NCBI GenBank assembly: GCA_046759165.1
Contig: JBHIBS010000026.1
Coordinates: forward strand, 1-20,428
Reading direction: 5' to 3'
Length of the DNA: 20,428 bases
From: a bacterium
GTDB lineage: Bacteria; UBA6262; WVXT01
Positions 7,072 through 16,321 of this stretch are shown piece after piece. The position numbers were made by a program, and so were the translations under genes. Each line of letters begins with the position of its first letter. The stretch's first letter is position 1. The notes below the pieces were generated by a model, which saw only the letters and a program-made list of their open reading frames with translations, searched no databases and was not told where the DNA came from.

Positions 7072-8087
7072 TCAATCTCGCTTCTGGTAATGCTTGCCTT
7101 ATCTCTCAATCTCCTCAACCATTCCCCATAACGCTCTTCCATCCTCTTTTGAAAAATAAAGTTCTGCAAGTAGCCTCGAATTTCCTCTAAGCTCTTCTTT
7201 TCTGCCGCCTTCTTCCCTGTGCATTGAATAATATGGTAACCATACTCTGTTTCGACCACGTTGCTAATTTCTCCTACCTTGAGAGCAAAAGCTGCCTCCT
7301 CAAATTTTCGGACCATCTGGCCCCTTACGAAGAAACCGATATCACCACCTCTGGCGGCAGAGGGGTCTTCTGAATATTTTTTTGCTAATTCCGCAAAGCT
7401 GATTTTCCCTTTATTAGCCTCCTTTAAAATCTCTCTAATTTTCTTTAGAGCTTTCTTCTTATCAGTATTTTCATCAACTTTTATCAATATGTGACGGACG
7501 CGCACCTGCTCGGGTTCCATCATTTCCGATTCGTGCTGTTTATAAAAGTCTTCAATTTCACTATCTGTAGGTGGAACGACTTTTGCCTTAACTTCCTGGT
7601 CAATCAATTTTATCACCATCAGCTGTTCCTTCACCTGTTCTTTAAATTTTTCTTCCGATAATCCCTGCCTGGCAAGTTCTCGACCGTATTCCTCTTCTGA
7701 GCCAAACCTCTTCTTAATCTTCTCTATTCCATCTTGAATCTCTTTCCTGCCTACCTTGATCTTCTTTTTATTAGCCTCGTGAATCAAAACCTTCTCATCA
7801 ATCATCTGCTCGAGAATTTTATCTCTGAGCTCTTTAATTCTTATTTCCTTATCTGGACCAGTCAGCAACTTTTCATACTCTTCTATTACAGGTTTGGCTC
7901 TCTTTTCGTATCCGCTCATAAGTATAACTTCTCCATCAACTGTGGCAACAGTCTTGTCGACGACTTTTGCCCTAAGGGAATTGGCTATGAAGGGAGAAAA
8001 AATGGTGAATAGAAAAACTGCGATGAAGCTAATGACTTCTTTTCTTACCATTTTGCATTCAGGGCTTCTTCGGTTTTCTTTCTTCAT
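7068..8087 (-). CDS. SurA/PrsA-like parvulin peptidyl-prolyl isomerase
   Basis: Signal-like hydrophobic stretch, SurA N-domain ([14 protein letters not shown]), rotamase motifs [25 protein letters not shown]; start uncertain (ATG 8087 with AAGGAG, or 8051). Confidence 0.88.
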   Translation of the reverse strand: MKKENRRSPECKMVRKEVISFIAVFLFTIFSPFIANSLRAKVVDKTVATVDGEVILMSGYEKRAKPVIEEYEKLLTGPDKEIRIKELRDKILEQMIDEKVLIHEANKKKIKVGRKEIQDGIEKIKKRFGSEEEYGRELARQGLSEEKFKEQVKEQLMVIKLIDQEVKAKVVPPTDSEIEDFYKQHESEMMEPEQVRVRHILIKVDENTDKKKALKKIREILKEANKGKISFAELAKKYSEDPSAARGGDIGFFVRGQMVRKFEEAAFALKVGEISNVVETEYGYHIIQCTGKKAAEKKSLEEIRGYLQNFIFQKRMEERYGEWLRRLRDKASITRSEID

Positions 8088-8964
8088 TTCTGGTTTCTCC
8101 TTTATCTTCTGATTGAATCTCCACTGAAACTTTGTCCAAAAGGTCATAATTAACCGAAACCATTAACTCCTTCCTATACTTCTCCATTAGTCTATCGAGT
8201 TTCTGGCTTTGGATTCTCGTCCTTATCTCATAATCTATCTCCTCGGGAGTCTTCTTTTCCATCTTCCTTCTACCTGTTAACTTAACCAGATGGTATCCGA
8301 ATGGGGTCTCTATAATCTGGCTAATCTCACCCTTCCTTTCCAGAGCAAAGATAGCCTCTTCGAATGCAGGCATCATTTCTCCCCGAGAAATGTAGCCTAA
8401 GTCGCCTCCCCTGGGAGCTGTAATTGAATCGATTGAATACTTTCGTGCTAACTTTTCGAAACTAGCACCTTCCCTCAGTTCATTTAAAATCTTCTTGGCT
8501 TCCGATTTTCTTCTTACCAAAATGTGGTTTACTCTGACCTGTTCGGGATTTGTAAATTTCTCCTTATTTTTTTCGAAATAGTCTTTAACTTCTTCATCTG
8601 ATACTGCAATGCGGTCCTTCTGTAACTCCTGAACCATCTCCTCCAAGAGGACTCGATCTCCTACATTCTTCAACCTCCTCTTGATCTCTTCTTTCCTATG
8701 TAACCCCTCTTCTTTTGCCTTCTGAATAAGCACCAGCTCAGCAATCATACCGTTCAGAAGCTCCATTTTCCCTTCCTGCGTAGCTAAGAATCCCCGATAG
8801 TAAGAGGGAATCTCGACAATTCTTTCTTGAAACTCCTCAACTGTAATTTTTCTTCCCTTAATCCGGGCCAGGACATTCTCATTGTCTTTGTACTTAAGAA
8901 CAATAAGTATGGCAAATCCAATGACCAGAGTGCCCAGTACCAAAAATAAAATTTTCCTTTTCAT
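8059..8964 (-). CDS. Membrane-anchored parvulin (PrsA/PpiC-type) foldase
   Basis: N-terminal TM helix, [36 protein letters not shown]. Confidence 0.9.
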   Translation of the reverse strand: MKRKILFLVLGTLVIGFAILIVLKYKDNENVLARIKGRKITVEEFQERIVEIPSYYRGFLATQEGKMELLNGMIAELVLIQKAKEEGLHRKEEIKRRLKNVGDRVLLEEMVQELQKDRIAVSDEEVKDYFEKNKEKFTNPEQVRVNHILVRRKSEAKKILNELREGASFEKLARKYSIDSITAPRGGDLGYISRGEMMPAFEEAIFALERKGEISQIIETPFGYHLVKLTGRRKMEKKTPEEIDYEIRTRIQSQKLDRLMEKYRKELMVSVNYDLLDKVSVEIQSEDKGETRNEERKPKKP

Positions 8965-9013
8965 CTTCCACCTCTGTAAGGTAGAGATTCGCCCTGCTGG
9001 TATGCCACATTTA

Positions 9014-9042
9014 ATTATATCACATTACATCAAGCTTTTCAA
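9014..9042 (-). promoter_or_regulatory. Sigma70-type promoter upstream of the parvulin-mlaEFD block
   Basis: Minus strand TTGAAA (9042-9037), 17 nt, TGa-TATAAT (9019-9014); overlaps the mfd 3' end. Confidence 0.7.
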
Positions 9043-12000
9043 GAAACCCTTCAACTCCCTCACTTTTAGCCGTTCACACTCAAATTTTTCTTTTAAACTT
9101 CCTTTGACCTTCGAAGCATAATCCCAAGGACCAATTGAAATCTTAAAATTTTCCATCTGCTTAAACTTAACCTTCTCCCTAAAACGGTTAGCTAGGTCTA
9201 TAAACTTCTCCGGTGCTACCTGAGCTTGGGGGCTGAATTCAACTTCTACCTCGCTATCTGTTTCACTAATCTTCTCGATTCCCAATTTTTTAGTCAGTAG
9301 CCGAAGCTCTACCAATTCAAACAGCGTCAAACAGGGTGGTGGAATATCACCATAGCGATCCTCGAGCTCCTCCGCAATTTTCCCCAGACTCTGGAAGTCA
9401 CGGGAGGAGGCAAATTTCCTGTACATATTAATTCTTTGAGCTGGATCCGGAATATAATCGATAGGAATGTAAGCATCTACCTGTAAATCTATCTCCACAG
9501 GTCGCTCCCGTTCTATCTTGATGCCTTTCTCACTCTTAACTGCCTCTTCTAACAGTTTGCAATAGAAATCGAATCCCACTTCAAGGATATGTCCGTGCTG
9601 TTCTGGCCCGAGAATATTACCTGCTCCACGGAGCTCAAGATCCCTAAGTGCAATCTTGAAGCCCGAACCCAACTCAGTGCACTGGGCAATAGTCTGAAGT
9701 CTCTTCTCAGCAATGTCACTAAGGGGTAATTGGCGTGGATATAAAATGTAGCAGTAAGCTTTGTATTTATCCCTGCCAATCCTTCCCCGCAATTGATAAA
9801 GCTGTGCCAGACCCAACTCGTGTCCATTTGTAATTATCATGGTATTGACATTGGGAATATCGAGTCCTGCCTCCACTATAGTGGTTGCCACCAGAAGATC
9901 GTACTCCTTATTTATAAATTTAACCATCACCCTTTCTAGTTCTGAGGCTGCCATCTTGCCATGTGCCATTCCTATCCTCACGTCAGGCATCATTACTTTT
10001 AGAGACCTGGCAACTGTTTCGATTGTCTCCACCCGGTTATGCACATAAAAGACCTGACCTCCTCGTCTAATTTCGTTCCTTATCGCCATTTCGACAATTT
10101 CCTCATTGTATGCTCCTAAATAAGTTTCAATAGGGATACGTCCTTGTGGCGGCGTATCTATAACTGACATATCACGGACACCACCCAGAGCCATAGAGAG
10201 AGTTCTGGGAATGGGTGTGGCGGTCAAGGTCAATACATCGACCGTCTTTCGAAGTTGCTTCAACTTCTCCTTGTGACGTACGCCGAACCTCTGCTCTTCA
10301 TCAATCACAACTAACCCCAAATCAAAAAACTCAATATCCTTCTGGAGAAGCCTGTGAGTGCCTATAACAATATCAACTGAACCCTGCTTCAATTTTTCAA
10401 CGATTTCTTTCTGCTCCTTTTTGCTCTTGAATCTGGAGAGCATCTCAATCACCACAGGATAGTCAGCGAATCTCTCAGAGAAAGTGTGGTAATGCTGTTC
10501 AACCAAGATTGTTGTGGGAGCAAGCACTGCTACCTGCTTGCTGTCAAATACAGCCTTGAGACCGGCCCTCATAGCTACCTCTGTCTTCCCGTAACCAACA
10601 TCCCCGCAAACGATCTTGTCCATCGGTTTTTGGCGCATCATATCCTGCTTAACTTCTTCGATTGCCCTTTCCTGGTCCGGGGTTGTCTCATAAATGAAAG
10701 CATCAGCAAACTCTTTTTCATAATGGCTATCCTGTGGAAAAGCGTGTCCCGGCAATTTCTGGCGCGCCGCATATATCTCCAGAAGCTCTCGGGCAATCCG
10801 CTGGACAGACTTCTTCACTTTAGTTGTTACCTGGCGCCACGCAGTGCTATCCAAGGAATATAATTTTGGCTTGTAACCTTCAGTTCCAACATATTTTTGC
10901 ACCAGATTAAACCCTTCTATTGGCACGTATAATTTATCACCTTTAGCATATTCGATTGCTATATAATCTGTGAATCTGTCTTCTATTTCTATCTGCTTAA
11001 GCCCTAAATATTTCCCAATGCCATACATTTCATGCACAACATAGTCACCGACATTGAGTTCAATCAAATCACTGAGTCTTCTGGCGGGATACTTGAGTTT
11101 AGGGTAACGATGCCTTATCTTGTAGCGACCGAAAATCTCCTTTTCAGAAATCACCACGAGTTTCAAGGCAGGAAAAATAAATCCGGAATTGGGACTGCCT
11201 ATCCTGAAGTGGGGGAATATCCCCCCTCCTTGTTCTCGTAACAACTCTTCCAACCTTGACTTTTCTCCCTCATTGTTACAGAAAATATAGGTTTCATATC
11301 CCTGCTTTCGCCAATTTGCAAGCTCTTGGCAAAAGAAACCAATTTTACCATGCAAGGACGGTGGCGACTTCGTGGAAAAATTAATCGAACTCCTTTGAGG
11401 CAAAATGGACAAACAGATCTGTAGGAGCTGTCGCCTCCGAGCGGACGATGCAAACTCGAGATTATCCAGCAACATCACTCCATCCTCTGGGAAATAATCC
11501 AAAATAGTGTGGCAACTTTTCTCATCTGATAATCTTGCCGGAATCACCTTAGCCTCCGCTACAGTTCCTATCGACCTCTGCGTCAGGGGGTCGAACCAGC
11601 GCATTCCTTCAATCTGCTCCTCAAAGAATACCACCCTGAGAGGACGGTCGAAATTGGCAGACCATACATCTAAAATCTCACCTCGGAGGCGGAACACTCC
11701 CACTCCCTCTACAATATCAACCCTCTCATAACCGGCATCAGTTAGTTTCTCGCTTATCTTCTGATATTTAATCTTTCCACCTTTCGAGAGAGTTAAGCTG
11801 AGGAAAGAAAATTGGAAGGGAGAAATAATTTTCTTCTTTACAGTATCGAGAGTTGTTACCAGAAGGGGATTCCTCTGAACCGAGAGATGGTAAAGGGAAA
11901 CAAGCGAATCTTCTCTATTCTCTTGAGAAAAAAGGCTGCTCTCTCCTCCAAAAGCTTTGAGGTCTTCCCTTAACCTTTCCAACTCATCCTCTCTTTCCGT

Positions 12001-12171
12001 AATCACTAATAAGGGTTGAGAAATTCTCCCCTTTAGGCCCAAAACAAAAAAAGCTTTGGAACCGCCCCAAAGCCCCGAGACTTTTATCTTTCCCTCTTTC
12101 TTTACTATCTTTTCAGAAATTTGTTTTAAGCTTCTATTCTCTTCCCAGAATTGAAGTAATTCATCACTCAT
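9025..12171 (-). CDS. mfd: Transcription-repair coupling factor
   Basis: RID (GDYVVHEMYGIGKY), GDVGYGKTEVA, IDEEQRFGV, TATPIPRT, QLRGRIGR, DLELRGAGNILG, TRCF C-terminus; start set to ATG 12171. Confidence 0.97.
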   Translation of the reverse strand: MSDELLQFWEENRSLKQISEKIVKKEGKIKVSGLWGGSKAFFVLGLKGRISQPLLVITEREDELERLREDLKAFGGESSLFSQENREDSLVSLYHLSVQRNPLLVTTLDTVKKKIISPFQFSFLSLTLSKGGKIKYQKISEKLTDAGYERVDIVEGVGVFRLRGEILDVWSANFDRPLRVVFFEEQIEGMRWFDPLTQRSIGTVAEAKVIPARLSDEKSCHTILDYFPEDGVMLLDNLEFASSARRRQLLQICLSILPQRSSINFSTKSPPSLHGKIGFFCQELANWRKQGYETYIFCNNEGEKSRLEELLREQGGGIFPHFRIGSPNSGFIFPALKLVVISEKEIFGRYKIRHRYPKLKYPARRLSDLIELNVGDYVVHEMYGIGKYLGLKQIEIEDRFTDYIAIEYAKGDKLYVPIEGFNLVQKYVGTEGYKPKLYSLDSTAWRQVTTKVKKSVQRIARELLEIYAARQKLPGHAFPQDSHYEKEFADAFIYETTPDQERAIEEVKQDMMRQKPMDKIVCGDVGYGKTEVAMRAGLKAVFDSKQVAVLAPTTILVEQHYHTFSERFADYPVVIEMLSRFKSKKEQKEIVEKLKQGSVDIVIGTHRLLQKDIEFFDLGLVVIDEEQRFGVRHKEKLKQLRKTVDVLTLTATPIPRTLSMALGGVRDMSVIDTPPQGRIPIETYLGAYNEEIVEMAIRNEIRRGGQVFYVHNRVETIETVARSLKVMMPDVRIGMAHGKMAASELERVMVKFINKEYDLLVATTIVEAGLDIPNVNTMIITNGHELGLAQLYQLRGRIGRDKYKAYCYILYPRQLPLSDIAEKRLQTIAQCTELGSGFKIALRDLELRGAGNILGPEQHGHILEVGFDFYCKLLEEAVKSEKGIKIERERPVEIDLQVDAYIPIDYIPDPAQRINMYRKFASSRDFQSLGKIAEELEDRYGDIPPPCLTLFELVELRLLTKKLGIEKISETDSEVEVEFSPQAQVAPEKFIDLANRFREKVKFKQMENFKISIGPWDYASKVKGSLKEKFECERLKVRELKGFLKSLM

Positions 12172-12189
12172 AACTCTATTCCCCAAAAA

Positions 12190-12218
12190 ATAGTACCAAA
12201 AAAAGTTTGGAAAATCAA
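12190..12218 (-). promoter_or_regulatory. Sigma70-type promoter for mfd
   Basis: Minus strand TTGATT (12218-12213), 17 nt, TGg-TACTAT (12195-12190). Confidence 0.6.
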
Positions 12219-12362
12219 GTGGACAATTTATGTAATTCTAGAGTGCATTGGAGATCAGTAAGAATCTGGCGGGAAATTAGAAAGGAGTTCTATAAAGCTA
12301 TAAATACTCGCTATTGCATACATCAGAATCTGTGTGCTTTAGTGGATGAAAGAATTGAAAGT

Positions 12363-12391
12363 CGAATGTTTTAGTGGTAATTTGACATTCG
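12363..12391 (-). terminator. Possible weak terminator-like hairpin after gatB
   Basis: cgaatgt/acattcg 7-bp stem with 15-nt loop right after the gatB stop, followed by a pyrimidine-rich tract on the minus strand; not canonical. Confidence 0.25.
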
Positions 12392-13837
12392 CTACTTTTT
12401 TCGTAGCTTTTCTTTAAGGATTTTATTAACCAGTTGGGGGTTGGCTTTACCCTGGGTCTTTCTCATTACCTGCCCCACCAAATGTCCTAAGGCTTTCTCT
12501 TTGCCTTTTCGATACTCTTCTACGGCCCCTGGGTTCTCCTTTAATACCTCCTCAACCACCTTGCCAATCCCTTTCTCATCAGTAATCTGGACCAATTTCT
12601 TCTCTTCGACAATTACTTGAGGATTCTTTCCTGTATCAAACATCTCCTCAAATACTGTTTTCGCAATCTTACCAGAAATTGTTCCTTTCTCCATTAATTT
12701 CAAAAGTTCTGCCAACTGCCCAGGAGAAACCGGGGATTCCTCTACCTCTCTATTCACTGCATTCAATCTTCCCAAAAGCTCTACCATTACCCAGTTGGTA
12801 ACCGCCTTCGGGTTACTGTACAGTTTAACTACTTGTTCAAAATAGTTGGCCAGTGCCTTCTCGGCGGTGAGTACCCCTGCATCGTATTCTGAAAGCCCGT
12901 ATTCTCTGACAAGGCGTTCCCGCCGTCTACCAGGAAGCTCTGGAATGGTCCTTCTGACTTTTTCTATCCATTCCTCCTCAACTATTAAGGGCACCAGGTC
13001 TGGTTCTGGAAAATAACGATAGTCATGGGCCTCTTCTTTGCTCCTCATGGGCGATGTCCTTTCCCTTCTCTCATCCCAGAGTCTTGTCTCCTGAACAATC
13101 CTCTGTCCATTCTCCAATGCCTTAATCTGCCTGTTAACTTCGTATTCCAGGGCTTTCTGGATGGCTTTGAAGGAATTCATATTCTTAACTTCTGCTTTCA
13201 CTCCCAGTTCTTTCTCCCCAACAAATCGTACAGAAGCATTCGCATCGCAGCGGAGCGAACCCTTTTCCATATCGCAATCTGATACCTCCAAATACCTGAG
13301 AATATTTTTCAATGTGGTAAGATACGAATAGGCTTCTTCAGGGCTTTTGATATCAGGGGAGGAAACTATCTCCAGAAGTGGAACGCCACAGCGATTGAAA
13401 TCGACGAGACTTCCATCAATTTCCCGGGAACCAATATAGTGGAGGAGTTTTCCGGCATCCTCTTCTAAATTAATTCTGGTTATGCCAACTTTCCTTCTTC
13501 CACTATCAGTTCTAATTTCAAGGTAGCCATTTTGAGCCAGGGGCTGCTCGTACTGGGAAATCTGGTAATTCTTGGGCAAATCAGGATAGAAATAGTTCTT
13601 ACGCGCAAATATTGAACGTGAAGCAACTCCGCAGTTTAGTGCTAAGGCGCTCTTAATTGCATATTCAACCGCCTTCTTATTGACTACAGGCAGTATCCCG
13701 GGCATACCTGTGCAGACGGGACACGTATGCGTATTTGCCGGTGCACCAAATTCAGTTGAGCACCCACAAAATAACTTAGACTTTGTCTTCAGCTGGACAT
13801 GGACTTCTAAGCCAATTATAGTTTCATACTTTACCAT
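12392..13837 (-). CDS. gatB: Asp-tRNA(Asn)/Glu-tRNA(Gln) amidotransferase subunit B
   Basis: [38 protein letters not shown]-terminal YqeY-like domain. Confidence 0.98.
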   Translation of the reverse strand: MVKYETIIGLEVHVQLKTKSKLFCGCSTEFGAPANTHTCPVCTGMPGILPVVNKKAVEYAIKSALALNCGVASRSIFARKNYFYPDLPKNYQISQYEQPLAQNGYLEIRTDSGRRKVGITRINLEEDAGKLLHYIGSREIDGSLVDFNRCGVPLLEIVSSPDIKSPEEAYSYLTTLKNILRYLEVSDCDMEKGSLRCDANASVRFVGEKELGVKAEVKNMNSFKAIQKALEYEVNRQIKALENGQRIVQETRLWDERRERTSPMRSKEEAHDYRYFPEPDLVPLIVEEEWIEKVRRTIPELPGRRRERLVREYGLSEYDAGVLTAEKALANYFEQVVKLYSNPKAVTNWVMVELLGRLNAVNREVEESPVSPGQLAELLKLMEKGTISGKIAKTVFEEMFDTGKNPQVIVEEKKLVQITDEKGIGKVVEEVLKENPGAVEEYRKGKEKALGHLVGQVMRKTQGKANPQLVNKILKEKLRKK

Positions 13838-13949
13838 TTATACACTCGGAAGCCCTCAAGATTCGAAATCGTCGCCTCAAAATTTCCAAGATTATAAAGC
13901 ACAATAGTTCTTTTGATATAAGGATCCCATTGTTGCTCAAGAGCAAAAC

Positions 13950-15410
13950 CTACAGTTCTGGCTTTCTCTTGTGCCAGTCTGTATTCTTTTCATATGTATA
14001 GGCTATGCGAAGCAGAACCTCCTCATCGAAAGGCTTCGCCAGAAGTTGTAGTCCAATGGGAAGTCCTTTCTTGCTAAATCCACAGGGCTGAGAAATTCCA
14101 GGAATACCAGCTAAATTTGCAGAAATGGTAAATATATCTGATAAATACATCTGCAAAGGGTCATCAATCTTCTCCCCAATCTTAAATGCTGGAGTGGGAG
14201 CCGTTGGCGTCACAATGGCATCTACTTTTTCGAAGGCCTCGTCGAAATCTTTTTTAATCAGAGTGCGCACCTTCTGGGCTTTCAAATAGTAGGCATCATA
14301 GTAGCCACGAGACAAAGCATAAGTGCCGAGCATTATCCTCCTTTTAACTTCTGCACCAAATCCTTCACCCCGTGTCTTCTCATACTCTTCCAATAAGTCC
14401 TCTGTTTCTGGAGAACGGTAACCATACCTCACTCCATCATACCTGGCCAGATTGGCACTGGCCTCGGAGGGAGCAATCAGATAGTAGACCGCCACTCCAT
14501 ACTCAGTATGGGGAAGAGATATCTCTATGATTATTGCTCCCATACTTTTCAGAAGCTGTATTGCCTGTTTCACTGCCCTTTCCACTTCCACGTCCAGGCC
14601 CTTAACAAAATATTCTTTGGGAATTCCTATCTTAACGCCTTTAACATCTTCTATTAAAGATTTGGTAAAATCAGGCACATCCACATTAACTGAAGTGGAA
14701 TCGTTTTCATCGTACCCAGAAAGAACATTCATCAGAAGGGCCACATCTTCCACATCTTTACCAAAAGGACCTATCTGGTCCAATGAGGAGGCAAAGGCAA
14801 CCAATCCATACCGGGAGACCCTGCCATAAGTAGGCTTTAATCCCACTACCCCACAACAGGCTGCTGGCTGGCGAATAGAACCTCCTGTATCAGAACCTAT
14901 CGCCAGAATTGTTTCATCGGAAGCCACTGCTGTTGCCGAACCACCGGAAGACCCACCGGGAATATAGTTCAGATCCCACGGGTTACGGGTTATTCCAAAA
15001 TAGGAATTTTCGGTTGAGGAACCCATGGCAAATTCGTCCATATTTGTTTTCCCTATAAAGACTGCTCCTTCATCTCTCAATCTCTTAACCACTGTAGCCT
15101 CATAGGGCGAGATGAAATTTTCCAGTATGTGGGAAGAGCAAGTCGTTCTTACGTTCCTGATACACATATTGTCTTTGATGGCAACAGGAATGCCTGCTAG
15201 TCGGCCTCGGAATTCACCTTTTCTCATCTTCTCATCGATGTTTCTTGCCTGAAGTAAAGCTTCTTCCTCAGTTAAGGTAACGAAACTACGAAGTTTATCC
15301 TCTACGTGACTAATTCTGTTATAAACGGACCTCACAATCTCCTGGGAAGAAATCTCTCTTTTCTCCATCTTCTCCGATAATTTGTGTGCAGTCAGTTCGT
15401 GTAGTTCCAT
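13950..15410 (-). CDS. gatA: Asp-tRNA(Asn)/Glu-tRNA(Gln) amidotransferase subunit A
   Basis: Amidase signature [40 protein letters not shown]. Confidence 0.98.
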   Translation of the reverse strand: MELHELTAHKLSEKMEKREISSQEIVRSVYNRISHVEDKLRSFVTLTEEEALLQARNIDEKMRKGEFRGRLAGIPVAIKDNMCIRNVRTTCSSHILENFISPYEATVVKRLRDEGAVFIGKTNMDEFAMGSSTENSYFGITRNPWDLNYIPGGSSGGSATAVASDETILAIGSDTGGSIRQPAACCGVVGLKPTYGRVSRYGLVAFASSLDQIGPFGKDVEDVALLMNVLSGYDENDSTSVNVDVPDFTKSLIEDVKGVKIGIPKEYFVKGLDVEVERAVKQAIQLLKSMGAIIIEISLPHTEYGVAVYYLIAPSEASANLARYDGVRYGYRSPETEDLLEEYEKTRGEGFGAEVKRRIMLGTYALSRGYYDAYYLKAQKVRTLIKKDFDEAFEKVDAIVTPTAPTPAFKIGEKIDDPLQMYLSDIFTISANLAGIPGISQPCGFSKKGLPIGLQLLAKPFDEEVLLRIAYTYEKNTDWHKRKPEL

Positions 15411-15784
15411 TAACTTTTCCTCTCAACGATTATCTTCTCGCCATCTTTTACTTTTCTCCAATCCTTTGGATTTCCCAAAAGTCTACCAATAAGGTTCACC
15501 GGGCTGGCTGGCCTTATCTCAGTCTTTGTAGAAGCAGGAGTCTTTCCAAAGAAAATACAGAAACCATCTCCTTGAGGCCAGTAACCCAGGTCCCCTTCCT
15601 GGACAACATCCACAGCTTCTTCTGGACCCATCTTCACCGGAATACCAAAGTATATCTCCTCTCCCCAGGTATTGACTTTTGCCTCAATAGGGAGAGAATC
15701 CCAGATGACGTTTGCCGTCTTTGTCTCAAAGAGTTCTGCCTCCATAGTAACCTTTTCTGTCTTTATCCTAATATTCTTTACCAT
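15410..15784 (-). CDS. Cyclophilin-like fold protein (TM1367/DUF369 type)
   Basis: 124 aa; LPI...[36 protein letters not shown]; start trimmed to MVKNIRI; TAATG overlap with gatA. Confidence 0.85.
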   Translation of the reverse strand: MVKNIRIKTEKVTMEAELFETKTANVIWDSLPIEAKVNTWGEEIYFGIPVKMGPEEAVDVVQEGDLGYWPQGDGFCIFFGKTPASTKTEIRPASPVNLIGRLLGNPKDWRKVKDGEKIIVERKS

Positions 15785-15799
15785 CCCTCTTCCCATACA

Positions 15800-15849
15800 C
15801 CCGATTTCATCGGGGAGTACCTTTCCCTTTAGTCCCGATTCATCCGGAC
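15800..15849. repeat. Two related short CCCGAT hairpins
   Basis: cccgat-ttc-atcggg (15800-15814) and gtcccgat-tc-atccggac (15832-15849). Confidence 0.55.
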
Positions 15850-15860
15850 AGCTATACCGT

Positions 15861-16007
15861 TTGAAAGATAGTTTGTGAAGAGCTCTTGGAATTTTAGCCA
15901 AAAAACGAGGACGGCTCGTCTTCTTTCAAAAAATGACTCTGACCCCTTTTTCTGACCCCTTTTTCTATTAAGAAATTCCTAAGCGATGGACAAACTATCT
16001 TTTAATT
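15861..16007. mobile_element. Putative non-autonomous MITE-like element (modules L + cargo + T)
   Basis: Terminal inverted repeat ttgaaagatagtttgt (15861-15876)/acaaactatcttttaa (15990-16005), 15/16; left end recurs at 18722-18775, right end at 740-772 and 6211-6242; mobility is inferred. Confidence 0.6.
15938..15966 (+). repeat. Tandem repeat, 13-nt unit tctgacccctttt x2.2
   Basis: Exact duplication 15938-15950 and 15951-15963, followed by tct. Confidence 0.9.
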
Positions 16008-16292
16008 CTATTCTATGACCGTTTTCACCTTAAAGTGGCTATATTCCACTTCTGGAGCATTGGCTAGAATCTCTTCCTGCTTCAAAGACGGTTTTACCTT
16101 GTCCTCACGGAAAACGTTTGATAAATGCAGTACGTGGGAAGTGGGCTCTACTTTTTCTGTAGCCAGCTCGTTCAGTTTATTAATGTATTTCAAAATATCT
16201 CCTAGTTGCTTTGTATACTTCTCTTTTTCCTCTTCAGTCAATTTTAATTTCGCTAACCTAGCAACATATTCAACTTCCTTTTCAGTAATCAT
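16008..16292 (-). CDS. gatC: Amidotransferase subunit C
   Basis: 94 aa from MITEKEVEYVARLAKL; EPTSH, NVFRED, ILANAP, HFKV; start trimmed to avoid overlap with pcrA. Confidence 0.95.
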   Translation of the reverse strand: MITEKEVEYVARLAKLKLTEEEKEKYTKQLGDILKYINKLNELATEKVEPTSHVLHLSNVFREDKVKPSLKQEEILANAPEVEYSHFKVKTVIE

Positions 16293-16321
16293 TTCTCTCT
16301 GCCTTGTCGCTTTTTTTTCTT

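Noticed and set aside
13891-13896. Minus-strand TATAAT upstream of gatB
   Set aside because: No acceptable -35 at 16-18 nt and no properly placed extended TG
13933-13946. ttgctc-aa-gagcaa palindrome after gatA, resembling 690-702
   Set aside because: Only 6 bp with a 2-nt loop; the similarity is too short to assign to the repeat family or call a terminator
15785-15901. 39-aa N-terminal extension of the cyclophilin-like ORF
   Set aside because: Lies in hairpin/MITE-like DNA; the 124-aa product matches the usual family size
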